Part shown: positions 9,092 through 20,223 of the stretch, one piece after another
Numbering within the stretch: position 1 is the stretch's first letter
How the letters are laid out: the number at the start of each line of letters is the position of its first letter
Assembly: GCA_965215195.1 (NCBI GenBank)
Contig: CBDCDC010000002.1
Location: forward strand, 3,136,001 to 3,200,000
Length of the DNA stretch: 64,000 nucleotides
Direction of reading: 5' to 3'
From: Candidatus Latescibacterota bacterium
GTDB lineage: Bacteria; Latescibacterota; UBA2968; UBA8231
Position numbers and translations under genes: made by a program
Notes under the pieces: generated by a model
What the model saw: the letters and a program-made list of their open reading frames with translations, nothing else
The model's database searches: none
What the model was told of the DNA's origin: nothing

Positions 9092-9931
9092 ATGATCGTC
9101 GATACCCATGTACACATCTGGGAAATGTCCGACAAATATCCCATCGGACCCACCGCCCCCAACTGGACCTCCGAGCCGGACGAACCCGCCACGGCCGACG
9201 AACTGATCGAGGACATGGACCAAAACGGCGTTGAGCGCAGCGTCTTGGTGCAGACTAGCTGGTCCACCTGGGACAACGGCTATATCGCCGATTCGCAGGC
9301 CCGTTTCCCCGACCGCTTTATCGGCCACGGCATGATTGACCCGCAAAACCCAGACAACGCCGCGCAGGTGCGCTACTGGATGGAGGAACGCGGCTTGGTG
9401 GGTTTCCGCTTCCATCCCATGTACTACCCGGACGAGCGCGTCCTGACCACGCCCCAAAACCGCCCCTTGTGGGAAGTCCTCGACGCAATGGGCGCTGTCG
9501 TCCAGTTCCATCTCAACGCCGCTTGCGCCGATCAAGTAGCTGCAATCGCCCGCCGCCACCCCCAGATGCCCCTGCTATTGGACCACATGGGCTATCCCAA
9601 TCTCGACGAGCCCGCCGCGGCTTTTCAGCCTATCGTCGAGTTAGCTGGCTTCGACAATGTGGCGGTGAAAATATCGGATGTCCACGGCCGCTCAAAGCAG
9701 GCTTTTCCCTATGCCGACGTGCATCCCTTCATCCAGCGTCTGCACCACGCCTTTGGGGCCGAGCGCATGCTGTGGGGCACCGGCTATCCGGGGCACCACC
9801 GCACCAAGCACAACTGGCCGACCCTAGCCGAAGAGTTGCGCCTAGTGCAGGAGGGTTTCGACTTTCTCAGCCAGCGCGAAAAGGACCAAATGCTAGGCGG
9901 TACGGCCGCCCGCATATGGGGACTGACCTGA
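9092..9931 (+). CDS. Amidohydrolase family protein (Amidohydro_2)
   Basis: IVDTHVHIW, LLDHMG, VKISD, FGAERMLWGT; GAGGAG RBS. Confidence 0.9.
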   Translation: MIVDTHVHIWEMSDKYPIGPTAPNWTSEPDEPATADELIEDMDQNGVERSVLVQTSWSTWDNGYIADSQARFPDRFIGHGMIDPQNPDNAAQVRYWMEERGLVGFRFHPMYYPDERVLTTPQNRPLWEVLDAMGAVVQFHLNAACADQVAAIARRHPQMPLLLDHMGYPNLDEPAAAFQPIVELAGFDNVAVKISDVHGRSKQAFPYADVHPFIQRLHHAFGAERMLWGTGYPGHHRTKHNWPTLAEELRLVQEGFDFLSQREKDQMLGGTAARIWGLT

Positions 9932-9974
9932 CCTTTGCAAGTTTGTTCGTACCCAATCCACAAGGAAGGCCCGC

Positions 9975-11492
9975 ATGACATTGGACACCAGCGACCAAAA
10001 CATATACCAAGCCATCGGCGTCGAACCCATCATCAACTGCCGCGGCACGTTTACCATCATCGGCGGCTCGGTCGAACTCCCCGAAGTTGTAGCGGCCATG
10101 GAAGCGGCCTCGGGCTACTTCGTCCAATACGACGAACTGGCCGAAGCCGTCGGCCAAAGGCTGGCTGAAATCACTGGGGCCGACTGGGGCCTGATTCCGG
10201 CGGGCTGCGCCGCTGGCCTCAAGCACATCACGGCAGCTTGCGTCACCGGCGGCAATCCCGAAAAGCTGATCCGCATCCCGGATTTGACCGGCCTAGACAA
10301 AACCCAAGTCGTCATTCCCCGGTACGCGCGCAATGCCTACGACCACGCCGTGCGCAGCATTGGCGTCGAAATTGTCATGGTCGAGACCCGGGCCGAACTC
10401 GAGCGGGCCATCAATCCCCGCACCGCCATGATCTACATAACCACCGGGGCCGGCTCTGCCACCGGCCAGCCGCTTTCCCTAGAGGTCATTGCCGACGTGG
10501 CCCGGCCGCACAAAATTCCCATCCTCGCCGATGCCGCGGCCGAAGACCTCACCATTCCCAATGTCCATTTGCAAAGGGGTGCCACGGCCGTGGCCTACAG
10601 CGGCGGCAAAGCCCTGTGCGGGCCTCAGTGCGCCGGCTTGGTGCTGGGCGACAAAGCCTTGTTGCAGTCGGCGTGGCAATTCAGCTCACCGCACCACGGG
10701 CCGGGCCGCGACGATAAAATCGGCAAGGAGGAGATCATGGGGATGCTGGCGGCGGTGGAAGCCTGGGTGCGCCGCGACCACGCGGCCGAGTGGCAGACTT
10801 GGCTGTCCTATCTCGACCATATCGCCCAGCGAGTGCGCCGCATTGACAGCGTATGGACCGAGGTCGCATACCCCACCGGCCTGTCCAACCGCGCCCCGGT
10901 CCTCACCATTAGTTGGGACCCAGCGGCCTTGCACATTACCGGCGCAGAGGTCGCCGAGGATTTTGCCCGCAACAAACCCCGCATTGCCGTGGCCAGCGGC
11001 AATGCCAACGGCCGCACCTCCATCGGCATCACGCCCAACCAGATGCAGCCGGGCAACGACCGAGTGGTCGCCGAGCGGATCCACCGCATCTTATCCGCGC
11101 AACGCAGTCCTCAATCGACCGAACTAGCCCCTCCGGCAACCGATGTCAGCGGTGCTTGGGACCTCACCATCAACTATTCGAGCAGCAGCAGCCAGCACCA
11201 GCTATTCCTCGAACAGGAGGGGCATTGGATCGGCGGCACCCACATAAGCGATTTTTCCCAGCAGCAAATTGTCGGCGTCATTGAGGGCGACCAGGTAACG
11301 CTGCGCAGCGAAGTGCGGCGGCCGGGCGATACCATCCCCTTCCTGTTTGCCGGCCGCGTTGCAGAAGACCGCCTTTCGGGATTCATTCACCTAGGCGAAT
11401 ACCGCAACGCCGATTTCACGGCCTGCCGCTCCCAGTACGCAAAATCGCCGATCTCTATTAGCATACCCGGCGGAGCACCGCTGGCCACCTAA
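9975..11492 (+). CDS. SelA-like/DgaE-like PLP-dependent enzyme with C-terminal beta-rich extension
   Basis: IGVEPIINCRGTFTIIGGS, DAAAE, YSGGKALCGPQ (PLP lysine), KIGKEEIMG. Confidence 0.8.
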   Translation: MTLDTSDQNIYQAIGVEPIINCRGTFTIIGGSVELPEVVAAMEAASGYFVQYDELAEAVGQRLAEITGADWGLIPAGCAAGLKHITAACVTGGNPEKLIRIPDLTGLDKTQVVIPRYARNAYDHAVRSIGVEIVMVETRAELERAINPRTAMIYITTGAGSATGQPLSLEVIADVARPHKIPILADAAAEDLTIPNVHLQRGATAVAYSGGKALCGPQCAGLVLGDKALLQSAWQFSSPHHGPGRDDKIGKEEIMGMLAAVEAWVRRDHAAEWQTWLSYLDHIAQRVRRIDSVWTEVAYPTGLSNRAPVLTISWDPAALHITGAEVAEDFARNKPRIAVASGNANGRTSIGITPNQMQPGNDRVVAERIHRILSAQRSPQSTELAPPATDVSGAWDLTINYSSSSSQHQLFLEQEGHWIGGTHISDFSQQQIVGVIEGDQVTLRSEVRRPGDTIPFLFAGRVAEDRLSGFIHLGEYRNADFTACRSQYAKSPISISIPGGAPLAT

Positions 11493-11631
11493 GCGGTCAC
11501 TAGTCGCCAGAAACAACGAGGGGTCGGACTACCCAGAACTGGTAGCCGTGTGAAGGGCTCAATTAGTGTCTAGCAGAAATCCGCTCACCCTGTGTCTCCA
11601 GACGCGAATGGGATTTCCCGAGGGATGGCGC

Positions 11632-12005
11632 ATGATCCTCGACTCCTCGGCGATCGTCGCCATCCTGCTCCGGGAGCCGGAGCACGAAGCCCTTCGGTCC
11701 AAGATCGCCGCCGCGCAGGCACACCTACTCTTCTCGAAACCGCCATTGTGCTGTCAGCTCGCCTTGAACGCAACGCTCAGGGGACTCTTGATCGGTTCAT
11801 ACAGGAGACCGACACCATCGCAATTCCATTCAGTCAGGCCCACTGCTCCGCGGCCCATCAGGCTTGGCTCAGCTACGGCAAAGGGCGTCATCCGGCGGCA
11901 CTCAACTTCGGGGATTGCGCCACCTACGCTACCGCCCAACTCGCTGGCGAGCCGCTCCTCTGCACGGGGGACGACTTCTCGCAGACGGACCTCGAACTCG
12001 CCTGA
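11632..12005 (+). pseudogene. vapC: Frameshifted VapC (PIN) toxin
   Basis: MILDSSAIVAILLREPE in one frame; GTPTLLETAIVL..YGKGRHPAALNFGDCATYATA..LLCTGDDFSQTD in another; break near 11717. Confidence 0.85.
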
Positions 12006-12318
12006 TTCAGTCAGGGCGGCGACCTGACAGGCCGGTTAACGGACTCCTCATTCCGTCGTACTTCACAAATATCCCTCTCCCAATATCCTCTCTCAAGCTC
12101 GCCAGACAAAGGCACTTGAGCATCCCCGCCAGCAGTAGTCCGTAATTCTCGTCCAACCGATAGCCCTCCTTATTTTGCACCAACAGCCCGGCCTCAATCA
12201 GTTTGCCAAGCACATCCGTCAGTGCCTGCGAGGACTCGGCCAATTAGCGCGTTTGCCCAGTTGTCGGCATTGAGGAACGCGAAAGTAGGTCAACTGCTGG
12301 TTGAGCTTTTCCCTTACG

Positions 12319-13719
12319 TCAGAGAAGCGGGCGCTCGTGGCTCCAGGAGGCGAGCTGCTCAAAGGCGCGGGCGGCGCGCAACACGGTGAGGTCCTGCCGC
12401 CAGCCGCCGATGATTTGCAGGCCCACGGGCAGGCCATCGACGCGGCCGCAGGGCACACTCGCAGCGGGCAGGCCGGTGAGGTTCACTGGGTAAGTGAAGG
12501 CCGTCCAGCTCAGGTACGTGGTATCGCGGCCGGCGATCGAACCGGGGTGATCGTCGCCGGCGGCAAAGGCGGTGACCGGCAGGGTCGGCGTCAACAGCAG
12601 GTCGTAGTTCTCGTAGAACTGCCGCCATTGGTGATAATACGCGTTGCGTTCTATGTAGGCATTGGCCACGTCCGTGCCGCGGAATTCGAACCCCTCTTCG
12701 ACGACGGTGCACAAGCCGGGATCGAGGCGATCGGCGATCTGGTCGAACTGGTCGCGGAAGGTGGCGGCGAAGGCCGTTGACCACAGGATGTGGATGAGAC
12801 GCCACGGATCTTCACCGGCCGGGTGCGCCTCCTCAAGGGTGCAACCGAGATCCGAGAAGCGCCGGGCGGCCGCTTGTGCGGTCTCGACGACCTCGACATC
12901 GACAGCCGCGTACCCGAGATCGGACGACCAAGCCACGCGCAGCCCGTCCACGCCGGTTTCGATCTCATCAAATGCCAACGGTGCGGCCGGCATTGAGGTG
13001 CGATCCCGCACATCGGGACCGACCATGACGTCGAGCATCCGCACGGCGTCGCCAACGGTGCGGGTGATCGGCCCGGCGTGGGACAGGGTCTCCACCACGC
13101 TGGCCGGGTACTGGGGGATTCGTCCCCAAGAGGGTTTGAAGCCAAAGGCGCCCGAAAAGCCGGCCGGGATGCGGATCGAGCCAGCGCCGTCCGTGCCCTG
13201 GGCCAGTACGCCCATGCCAGCGACCACGGCCGCGGCCGCTCCGCCGCTGGAGCCGCCCGGTGTGCGTCCGTGCCGCCAGGGGTTGTGGGTTGGTCCGACG
13301 ACGCGATTACCCGAATCTCCCTTCCAGCCGAGCTCCGGCGTGTTCGTCTTGCCGACCAGCACCATGCCGGCGTCGCGCAGGCGTTCGGCGAGGGGCGCGT
13401 CGAAGTCCGGGATCCAGTCGGCGGTCAGCAGCGACCCCCGGGTGGTGCGGATCCCGCGCGTCGCCGTCAGATCTTTCAGCGAGCCGGGGATGCCGGCCAA
13501 AGGAGGCGGGTCCTCGGCACCGGCAAAGGCGGCTTCGGCGGCGCGCGCCTCGGCCAAGGCCCGCTCCGGCGCAATCGTGATGAAGGCGTTGAGCCTTGGG
13601 TCGAGCGATTCGATTCGGCGCAGCACAGCCTCGGTGACCTCCACCGGAGACAGCTCGCGGCACTCGTACAGGCGGCGCAGTTCGACGCCGGAGAGATAGC
13701 ACAGATCGGTGTCGTTCAT
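12319..13719 (-). CDS. Amidase signature family enzyme
   Basis: SLKDL, VGKTNTPE, TPGGSSGG, GTDGAGSIRIPA. Confidence 0.93.
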   Translation of the reverse strand: MNDTDLCYLSGVELRRLYECRELSPVEVTEAVLRRIESLDPRLNAFITIAPERALAEARAAEAAFAGAEDPPPLAGIPGSLKDLTATRGIRTTRGSLLTADWIPDFDAPLAERLRDAGMVLVGKTNTPELGWKGDSGNRVVGPTHNPWRHGRTPGGSSGGAAAAVVAGMGVLAQGTDGAGSIRIPAGFSGAFGFKPSWGRIPQYPASVVETLSHAGPITRTVGDAVRMLDVMVGPDVRDRTSMPAAPLAFDEIETGVDGLRVAWSSDLGYAAVDVEVVETAQAAARRFSDLGCTLEEAHPAGEDPWRLIHILWSTAFAATFRDQFDQIADRLDPGLCTVVEEGFEFRGTDVANAYIERNAYYHQWRQFYENYDLLLTPTLPVTAFAAGDDHPGSIAGRDTTYLSWTAFTYPVNLTGLPAASVPCGRVDGLPVGLQIIGGWRQDLTVLRAARAFEQLASWSHERPLL

Positions 13720-13873
13720 ATTTCTATGGATCCGAAAGCACCACTTCTCGCCCAAGGCGGGACGACTCCATGTACGCCGTCACCGATGATTCCGACTTCG
13801 TGCATCTTATCCTCGATTTGAAAGGATAGGAGTATAAACGGGCATTTGCGCTGGCGAGTTTGGGTGTAATCCC

Positions 13874-14815
13874 CTACGGTTTCTGGGCTCCCCTCGTCTC
13901 GACGTACACCGAGAACAGCGACTGCGAACAGGTGATGAACAGTCTGTTCTTTTTTGCGCCGCCGAAGCAGAGGTTGGCGCAGGGTGCCGGCAGGTGGATC
14001 TTGCCGATCAAGGTGCCGTCGGGGGCAAAACAATGCACCCCGTCGTAGCCCTCGCCCCCCCAGCAGGCCCCCGACCACAGGTTGCCATCCACATCAGTGC
14101 GAATCCCGTCCGACGAGCCGGGCTCCATGTCGGCGAAGACGCGCCCATTGGCGATGCGGTCGCCGTGGACGTCGAAAACGCGGATGTGGGTGGGGTATTC
14201 GGGGCCGTCGGAACGCCCGGTATCGACGATGTAGAGCAGGGACTCGTCCGGGCTGAAGCAGAGGCCGTTTGGCCGCCGGAAGTCTCCTGCCACCACTGTT
14301 GCTTCCCCAGCGTTTGGGTCGAGACGGTACACGTTGGCCTCATTCTCGAACGCATCCCGATGCCCCTCGTAGTTTAGCAGAATGCCGTACCCAGGGTCCG
14401 TGAACCAGATCGATCCATCCGACTTCACCACGATGTCGTTGGGGGCATTCAAGGGCTTGCCCTCAAACTGGTCCATCAACACGGTGATCGAACCGTCGTA
14501 TTCCGTCCGGGTGACTCGGCGCGCGTCGTGTTCGCACGACAACAAGCGTCCCTCGCGGTCGCGCGTGTTGCCGTTGGTGTTGTTGGATGGCTTGCGGAAG
14601 ACCGAGACGGCTCCGGTCTCTTCTTCCCACTTGAGAATGCGGTTGTTGGGGATGTCGCTGAACAGTACATAGCGGCCGTCGCCAAACCACACCGGGCCTT
14701 CGAGCCAGCGGCCGCCGGTCCAGAGCATTTCGAGGGCGGCATTGGCCAGCTTGTACTTGGCGAAGCGCTCGTCGAGCACTTCAATGCGGCAGTCTGGATA
14801 CCTCACAACAGTCAT
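13874..14815 (-). CDS. SMP-30/gluconolactonase/LRE family protein
   Basis: WLEGPVW, FSDIPNNRI, LNAPND, PNGLCFSPDE, DGIRTD, ANLCFGG. Confidence 0.93.
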   Translation of the reverse strand: MTVVRYPDCRIEVLDERFAKYKLANAALEMLWTGGRWLEGPVWFGDGRYVLFSDIPNNRILKWEEETGAVSVFRKPSNNTNGNTRDREGRLLSCEHDARRVTRTEYDGSITVLMDQFEGKPLNAPNDIVVKSDGSIWFTDPGYGILLNYEGHRDAFENEANVYRLDPNAGEATVVAGDFRRPNGLCFSPDESLLYIVDTGRSDGPEYPTHIRVFDVHGDRIANGRVFADMEPGSSDGIRTDVDGNLWSGACWGGEGYDGVHCFAPDGTLIGKIHLPAPCANLCFGGAKKNRLFITCSQSLFSVYVETRGAQKP

Positions 14816-14823
14816 GGCAGCTC

Positions 14824-15672
14824 CTAAACGCGGCGGAATTTCTGCACCCTATTGTGCAGAGTGGCTACTTCACCGATGTACAGCGAGCCTTCCTCATCTA
14901 CCCAAATGCTGTGCGGGGAGTCGGCGAATTGACCCGGGGCCGAGCCGTCCTCGCCCCAGCGGGCCAGTAGGTGTCCTTCTAGGTCGAAGATGCTGACGCG
15001 CGATGGGGCCTCGACTATGTACACTGTATTGTCCGGGGTGATAAAGAGGTCCATGGGCGTTACCAAGTCGCTCCATTCGTCCAAGTAGCGGCCCCCGGAG
15101 TCAAAGCGCTGGATGCGGTTGTTTTCGCGGTCAACGGCCCAGACGCGTTCATCGCGGTCAACCCACAGGCTGTGGGGCAGGGCGAATTGACCCGGACCGG
15201 TGCCCGCGGAGCCCCACGAATGGAGCAATGCTCCCGCAGCCGAAAAGCGGTGGATGCGGAATTGGCCGTACCCGTCGGCCACGTACAAATCCCCGGAAGG
15301 GCCGCGCATGGCTTTAGTGGGCTGGTTAAAGGGCTGGTCGGGTGCGCCCGGCACTTTAGGTGTGCCCCAAGTGTTGACCAGTTCTCCCTGCGGATTGAAG
15401 CAGCGGATGGTGTGGCTGTCGGTGTCGGCCGCGTACACTTGGTCCTCGCCGTCAACCCACAGGAGGTGGGGGTTGGCCAGCAGGTCGGCACCCCAAGTGT
15501 CGAGATAGGCCCCATCGCGGTCATAGACCAGCAGGGCGGGGGGGTGACGGCGGGCCACAAAGACCCGGCCTTGGGCATCGGCAGCCACTCCGGGCACGAC
15601 GCCGCCCATGGGGCGGCCTTGGGGGCCTAGGCCCCAGTGTGCGACGACTTCGTAATTATAGGTAGCGCTCAT
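14824..15672 (-). CDS. NHL-repeat beta-propeller (PAL-like family)
   Basis: FNQPT..LYVADGYG, GTGPGQFALPHSLWVD..DRENNRIQ repeats. Confidence 0.88.
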   Translation of the reverse strand: MSATYNYEVVAHWGLGPQGRPMGGVVPGVAADAQGRVFVARRHPPALLVYDRDGAYLDTWGADLLANPHLLWVDGEDQVYAADTDSHTIRCFNPQGELVNTWGTPKVPGAPDQPFNQPTKAMRGPSGDLYVADGYGQFRIHRFSAAGALLHSWGSAGTGPGQFALPHSLWVDRDERVWAVDRENNRIQRFDSGGRYLDEWSDLVTPMDLFITPDNTVYIVEAPSRVSIFDLEGHLLARWGEDGSAPGQFADSPHSIWVDEEGSLYIGEVATLHNRVQKFRRV

Positions 15673-15893
15673 GGCATCCCTCGCGGTTAGGGGGAAAGGC
15701 CAAATATGATAGACAATACGGACGGCGGCCTGCAATAGGCACAGAGCAGCTTGAATGCGTAAGACAGAAAAGAAGCGGCCAATCATAGCGGGGTAAGCGA
15801 TGAAGACGTACTATCTGCAAACGGCCGACCCGGTGTAGCGGTCAGAGGAATCGCGAGGTCATGCGCAAACAAAAACGCAACGGAGGAGAGAGC

Positions 15894-16700
15894 ATGAAAC
15901 TAACAGACAATCACTTGCAGACCTTTGTAGAACAGGGCTTCGTAGTAGTAGAAAATTTCTATCGCGAGGAACGCCGGGCCCAGATCGCCGCGGCCATCCG
16001 CCGAACCCTCCTCCCTTGGGAAGCACTCGCCGACGATCCGCCCGCAGAGAGGCTCCTAAAGGACGACTTTCCCTACGCCGATATGTTCTTCAATGAATTC
16101 ATCATCGACTGGGATCTCATCGAGTTCGTCCAGCGAGCCCTCGACACCGTGGACATCCACTTTCGCTATGCTCACAACTGGGCGCGCTACCCCGACCCCG
16201 AAGCTGTGCAGCCAGACTTGCACATCGACAATGGCAACAACTCGCTCCTGCCCCCCACATCCGACCGGCGCTACGGACAGATCAGCACTTGGTACTTTCC
16301 CGAAGCTGTACGAGAAAACCAAGCGCCGATGCAGATCGTGCCCAAGCCCTATGGCCGGGATCTGAGCAAGCGGGTTTTGCTGACGGTACCGGCGGGCACG
16401 CTCATGATCTTCAACACCCATTTGTGGCACTCGGCAACCATCTTCAAGGGCCGCGAGGGGCAGCGCTATTCCGCCACCCGAATCTACGGCCGCGCCGACC
16501 ACTACTGGGAGGGCGTGAGCAGCTTTACCAATCGGGGGATGAACGAGCACTTCAGGGCTTTTATCGGTCGGCTATCGGCGCGCGAACGGGAACTTTTCCG
16601 CTTTCCGCCCGCCGGCCACGAATACTACACCCAAGAGACGCTGGCCCGCCTCGAAGAGCAGTATCCGGGCTGGAATGCGCGCGGAGAGTACGACTTATGA
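15894..16700 (+). CDS. Phytanoyl-CoA dioxygenase (PhyH) family Fe(II)/2OG oxygenase
   Basis: FVEQGFVVVENF, HxD motif (LHIDN), PAGTLMIFNTHLWHSA; GGAGGAG RBS. Confidence 0.85.
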   Translation: MKLTDNHLQTFVEQGFVVVENFYREERRAQIAAAIRRTLLPWEALADDPPAERLLKDDFPYADMFFNEFIIDWDLIEFVQRALDTVDIHFRYAHNWARYPDPEAVQPDLHIDNGNNSLLPPTSDRRYGQISTWYFPEAVRENQAPMQIVPKPYGRDLSKRVLLTVPAGTLMIFNTHLWHSATIFKGREGQRYSATRIYGRADHYWEGVSSFTNRGMNEHFRAFIGRLSARERELFRFPPAGHEYYTQETLARLEEQYPGWNARGEYDL

Positions 16701-16744
16701 GCGACGAAAGAACCGATCTCCCCGCCGCGGATAGCACCATTTTT

Positions 16745-17090
16745 TGAACAATGCGATTTCCAACTTCCACGCCGCAACGTTCTCGGTTACACCGGTATAG
16801 CCCTCAACGGTGTGCTGGTGGAAGGCAGTGCCGCCAAAGGCCCCAAACCACAGTAGGCATAGTACCCTCGGCGGGATGAGTACAAAAATGGTGAATTCGC
16901 GCACTGTGCGGCCCTTGGAAATGCGGGCGATGAACGTGCCGACGAAGGGGGGGCCAAGCAAACCACCATGCCCAGTAGAATGTCGTCCGATCGTGCAGGA
17001 AATCCACATCCGCGCGCCCTACCCAGTTGCTGGGTACTCCTCGTCATCCGGCAGTTGGGGTTGTTTTTTATCTCCATTCGTCGGCAACAT
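16745..17090 (-). pseudogene. BCCT (betaine/choline/carnitine) transporter remnant
   Basis: TFYWAWWFAW, frameshift, then PFVGTFIARISKGRTVREF (the BCCT signature); only about 100 codons remain. Confidence 0.8.
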
Positions 17091-17144
17091 GGCCTGATGT
17101 GGCCTTCCTTTCTGCGGCATTGTTGCTTCGGAGCAACGCCTATT

Positions 17145-18442
17145 TCAAAAGCGGATGGTAAAGCGGGTCGGGTCGGCCGCCGGGCTTTCTAAAGAAAAGG
17201 CAAAACCGTGCCGACTCAAAATCTCCTGCACCAACGTCAGGCCGAGACCCCGTCGGTTTTCCTTGGTACTGAAAAACGGCGTGAACAGGCTCTCGGCCAC
17301 TTCCGGGTCGATCCCCGTACCCGTATCCTCGACCACGGCAAAGGGCCGGTCTTGGAGCTGCCCCAAGCGAATCGTTATCCGGCCGTCCTCGCCAATGGCC
17401 TCCACCGCATTTTTCAGGATATTGACAAACACCTGCTCCATTTGGTTTTCGTCCATGGGGATGCGTTTCAGGTCTGCCTGAACGTCCCAATTCCACTTGA
17501 TGTTGCGGCGTTCGCACTCGGCGTGCATCAGCAGGGCGATGTCGCGCAACAGGGCTTCGAGGTCCACGGGCTGCAAGTGTGGTGCCGGCAGTTTGACCAC
17601 CTCGGCGAAGCTGCGCATGAAGGCGCTGAGATGATCGATGCGGTCAATGGCCACTTGCAGGGCGTTTTCAAAATCGCCGCGGTCGGCTTCCCGCAATTGT
17701 CCCTTGTAGTTGAGGCAGGAGTGCAGCAGGGAATGGACCGCCCCGGTTGAATTGTTCACCTCGTGTGCCAACAGGCGAATGACTTTCTCGTAGGCGGCCT
17801 TCTCCGACAGGCGCAATTCCTCGGTCAATTCCTCCATGAGGATAAAGCTGCGTGGGAATCCCCGGTCCAAAAACTGCGCCTTGTGGCAGCGCACCCGCAG
17901 CCCTTGCAGCGGCAGCACCTGGGACTCGCCGACAGCCAAGTCGTGCAAGGCGCGGGCAAATGCCGTTCCCAAATCGTCCAATGGCCGGTCAAGTGCCGCG
18001 CTTTCGGCCAGTCCTAACAGGCGGCTAGCACTGGGATTGACTAGGGCGACTTTGTCGTCGAAGTCGAGGGTGATAACGCCCGATGGCGAGGCCGTCAGGA
18101 TCTTGTCCATGAAGTAGTGCTGTTCCTGCAGCCGTGTGCGCTCTTCGCGCAATTGGTCGATCATGCGGTTGTACACGCGCACGAGCTGATCCATTTCCGG
18201 CTGGCCCACTTCGACGAACTTGCTGGTGAAATCGCGCTCACCGATGAGTTCGGCACCCGTGCGGATCAGATCGAGCGGCACCCAAAAATGCTGGATCAAG
18301 CGCACACCGATCGCAAAAGACAGGACGAAGAATGCTTCAATCCCCAATAACCAAGGCTTTTCCTCTCTCAACAGGTACCCAGCAAGCCCCGCGAAGACGA
18401 GGTGAATACCGATCAGATAGAGGATGAGTTTGGAACGCAGGC

Positions 18443-18446
<4 letters not shown>
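17145..18446 (-). CDS. Membrane sensor histidine kinase (HAMP-PAS-HisKA-HATPase, NtrY-like)
   Basis: Two N-terminal TMs; AHEVNNS H-box; NILKNAVEA; DTGTGI; LFTPFFSTK. Confidence 0.92.
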
Positions 18447-19813
<1,367 letters not shown>

Positions 19814-19881
19814 CGCTTGGTCCTTGGTTGCATTTATCACGGATCAAATGAAGTTCGAGCCTCCCCACCTGTCGCAAGCTG

Positions 19882-20082
19882 TCATATTCCCGCCAGTTTT
19901 TCGTGGTCGGTTTGAGCAGCGGACCTATAGGCATTGGCCTGCGAGGGGGTTCGGAATTCTCGGTTTGATTCTCGTTCCTGACGCCTGAGATCCTCGCATA
20001 TTGCGTGCAGATCAAAATTAAACTGCTCTGCATAAGCGCGGCTAATCTGACGTATTTCGTTCACAATTGGGTCATCAATCAT
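19882..20082 (-). CDS. Small protein of the type encoded downstream of PIN toxins (putative antitoxin)
   Basis: MIDDPIVNEIRQISRAYAEQFNFDLHAICEDLRRQE; start overlaps the stop of a PIN C-terminal remnant. Confidence 0.6.
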   Translation of the reverse strand: MIDDPIVNEIRQISRAYAEQFNFDLHAICEDLRRQERESNREFRTPSQANAYRSAAQTDHEKLAGI

Positions 20083-20145
20083 CTTCGACCTCCAGTAATT
20101 CTTCGGGTGTACAGAGGATAGGAGGAGCATATTTTTTTGCGGCTT
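20075..20145 (-). pseudogene. C-terminal stub of a PIN-domain toxin
   Basis: Manual translation AAKKYAPPILCTPEELLEVEDD*; the P.ICTPEEL end is typical of PIN proteins. Confidence 0.6.
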
Positions 20146-20223
20146 CCGGGTCGCCGCCCGAACATTCGCGGACTACTAGTTGGGAGACAAATAAGTTGAA
20201 TCGCTGGGCCGCGGTTGACCACC

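Noticed and set aside
9975-11492. selA / selenocysteine machinery
   Set aside because: No selB, selC or selD nearby; motifs fit the SelA-like/DgaE group
12662-13699. Long antisense or alternative-frame ORFs (this one and many others, e.g. 26367-27218, 27533-28408, 45673-46569)
   Set aside because: Expected shadows of GC-rich coding sequence, with no motifs or RBS
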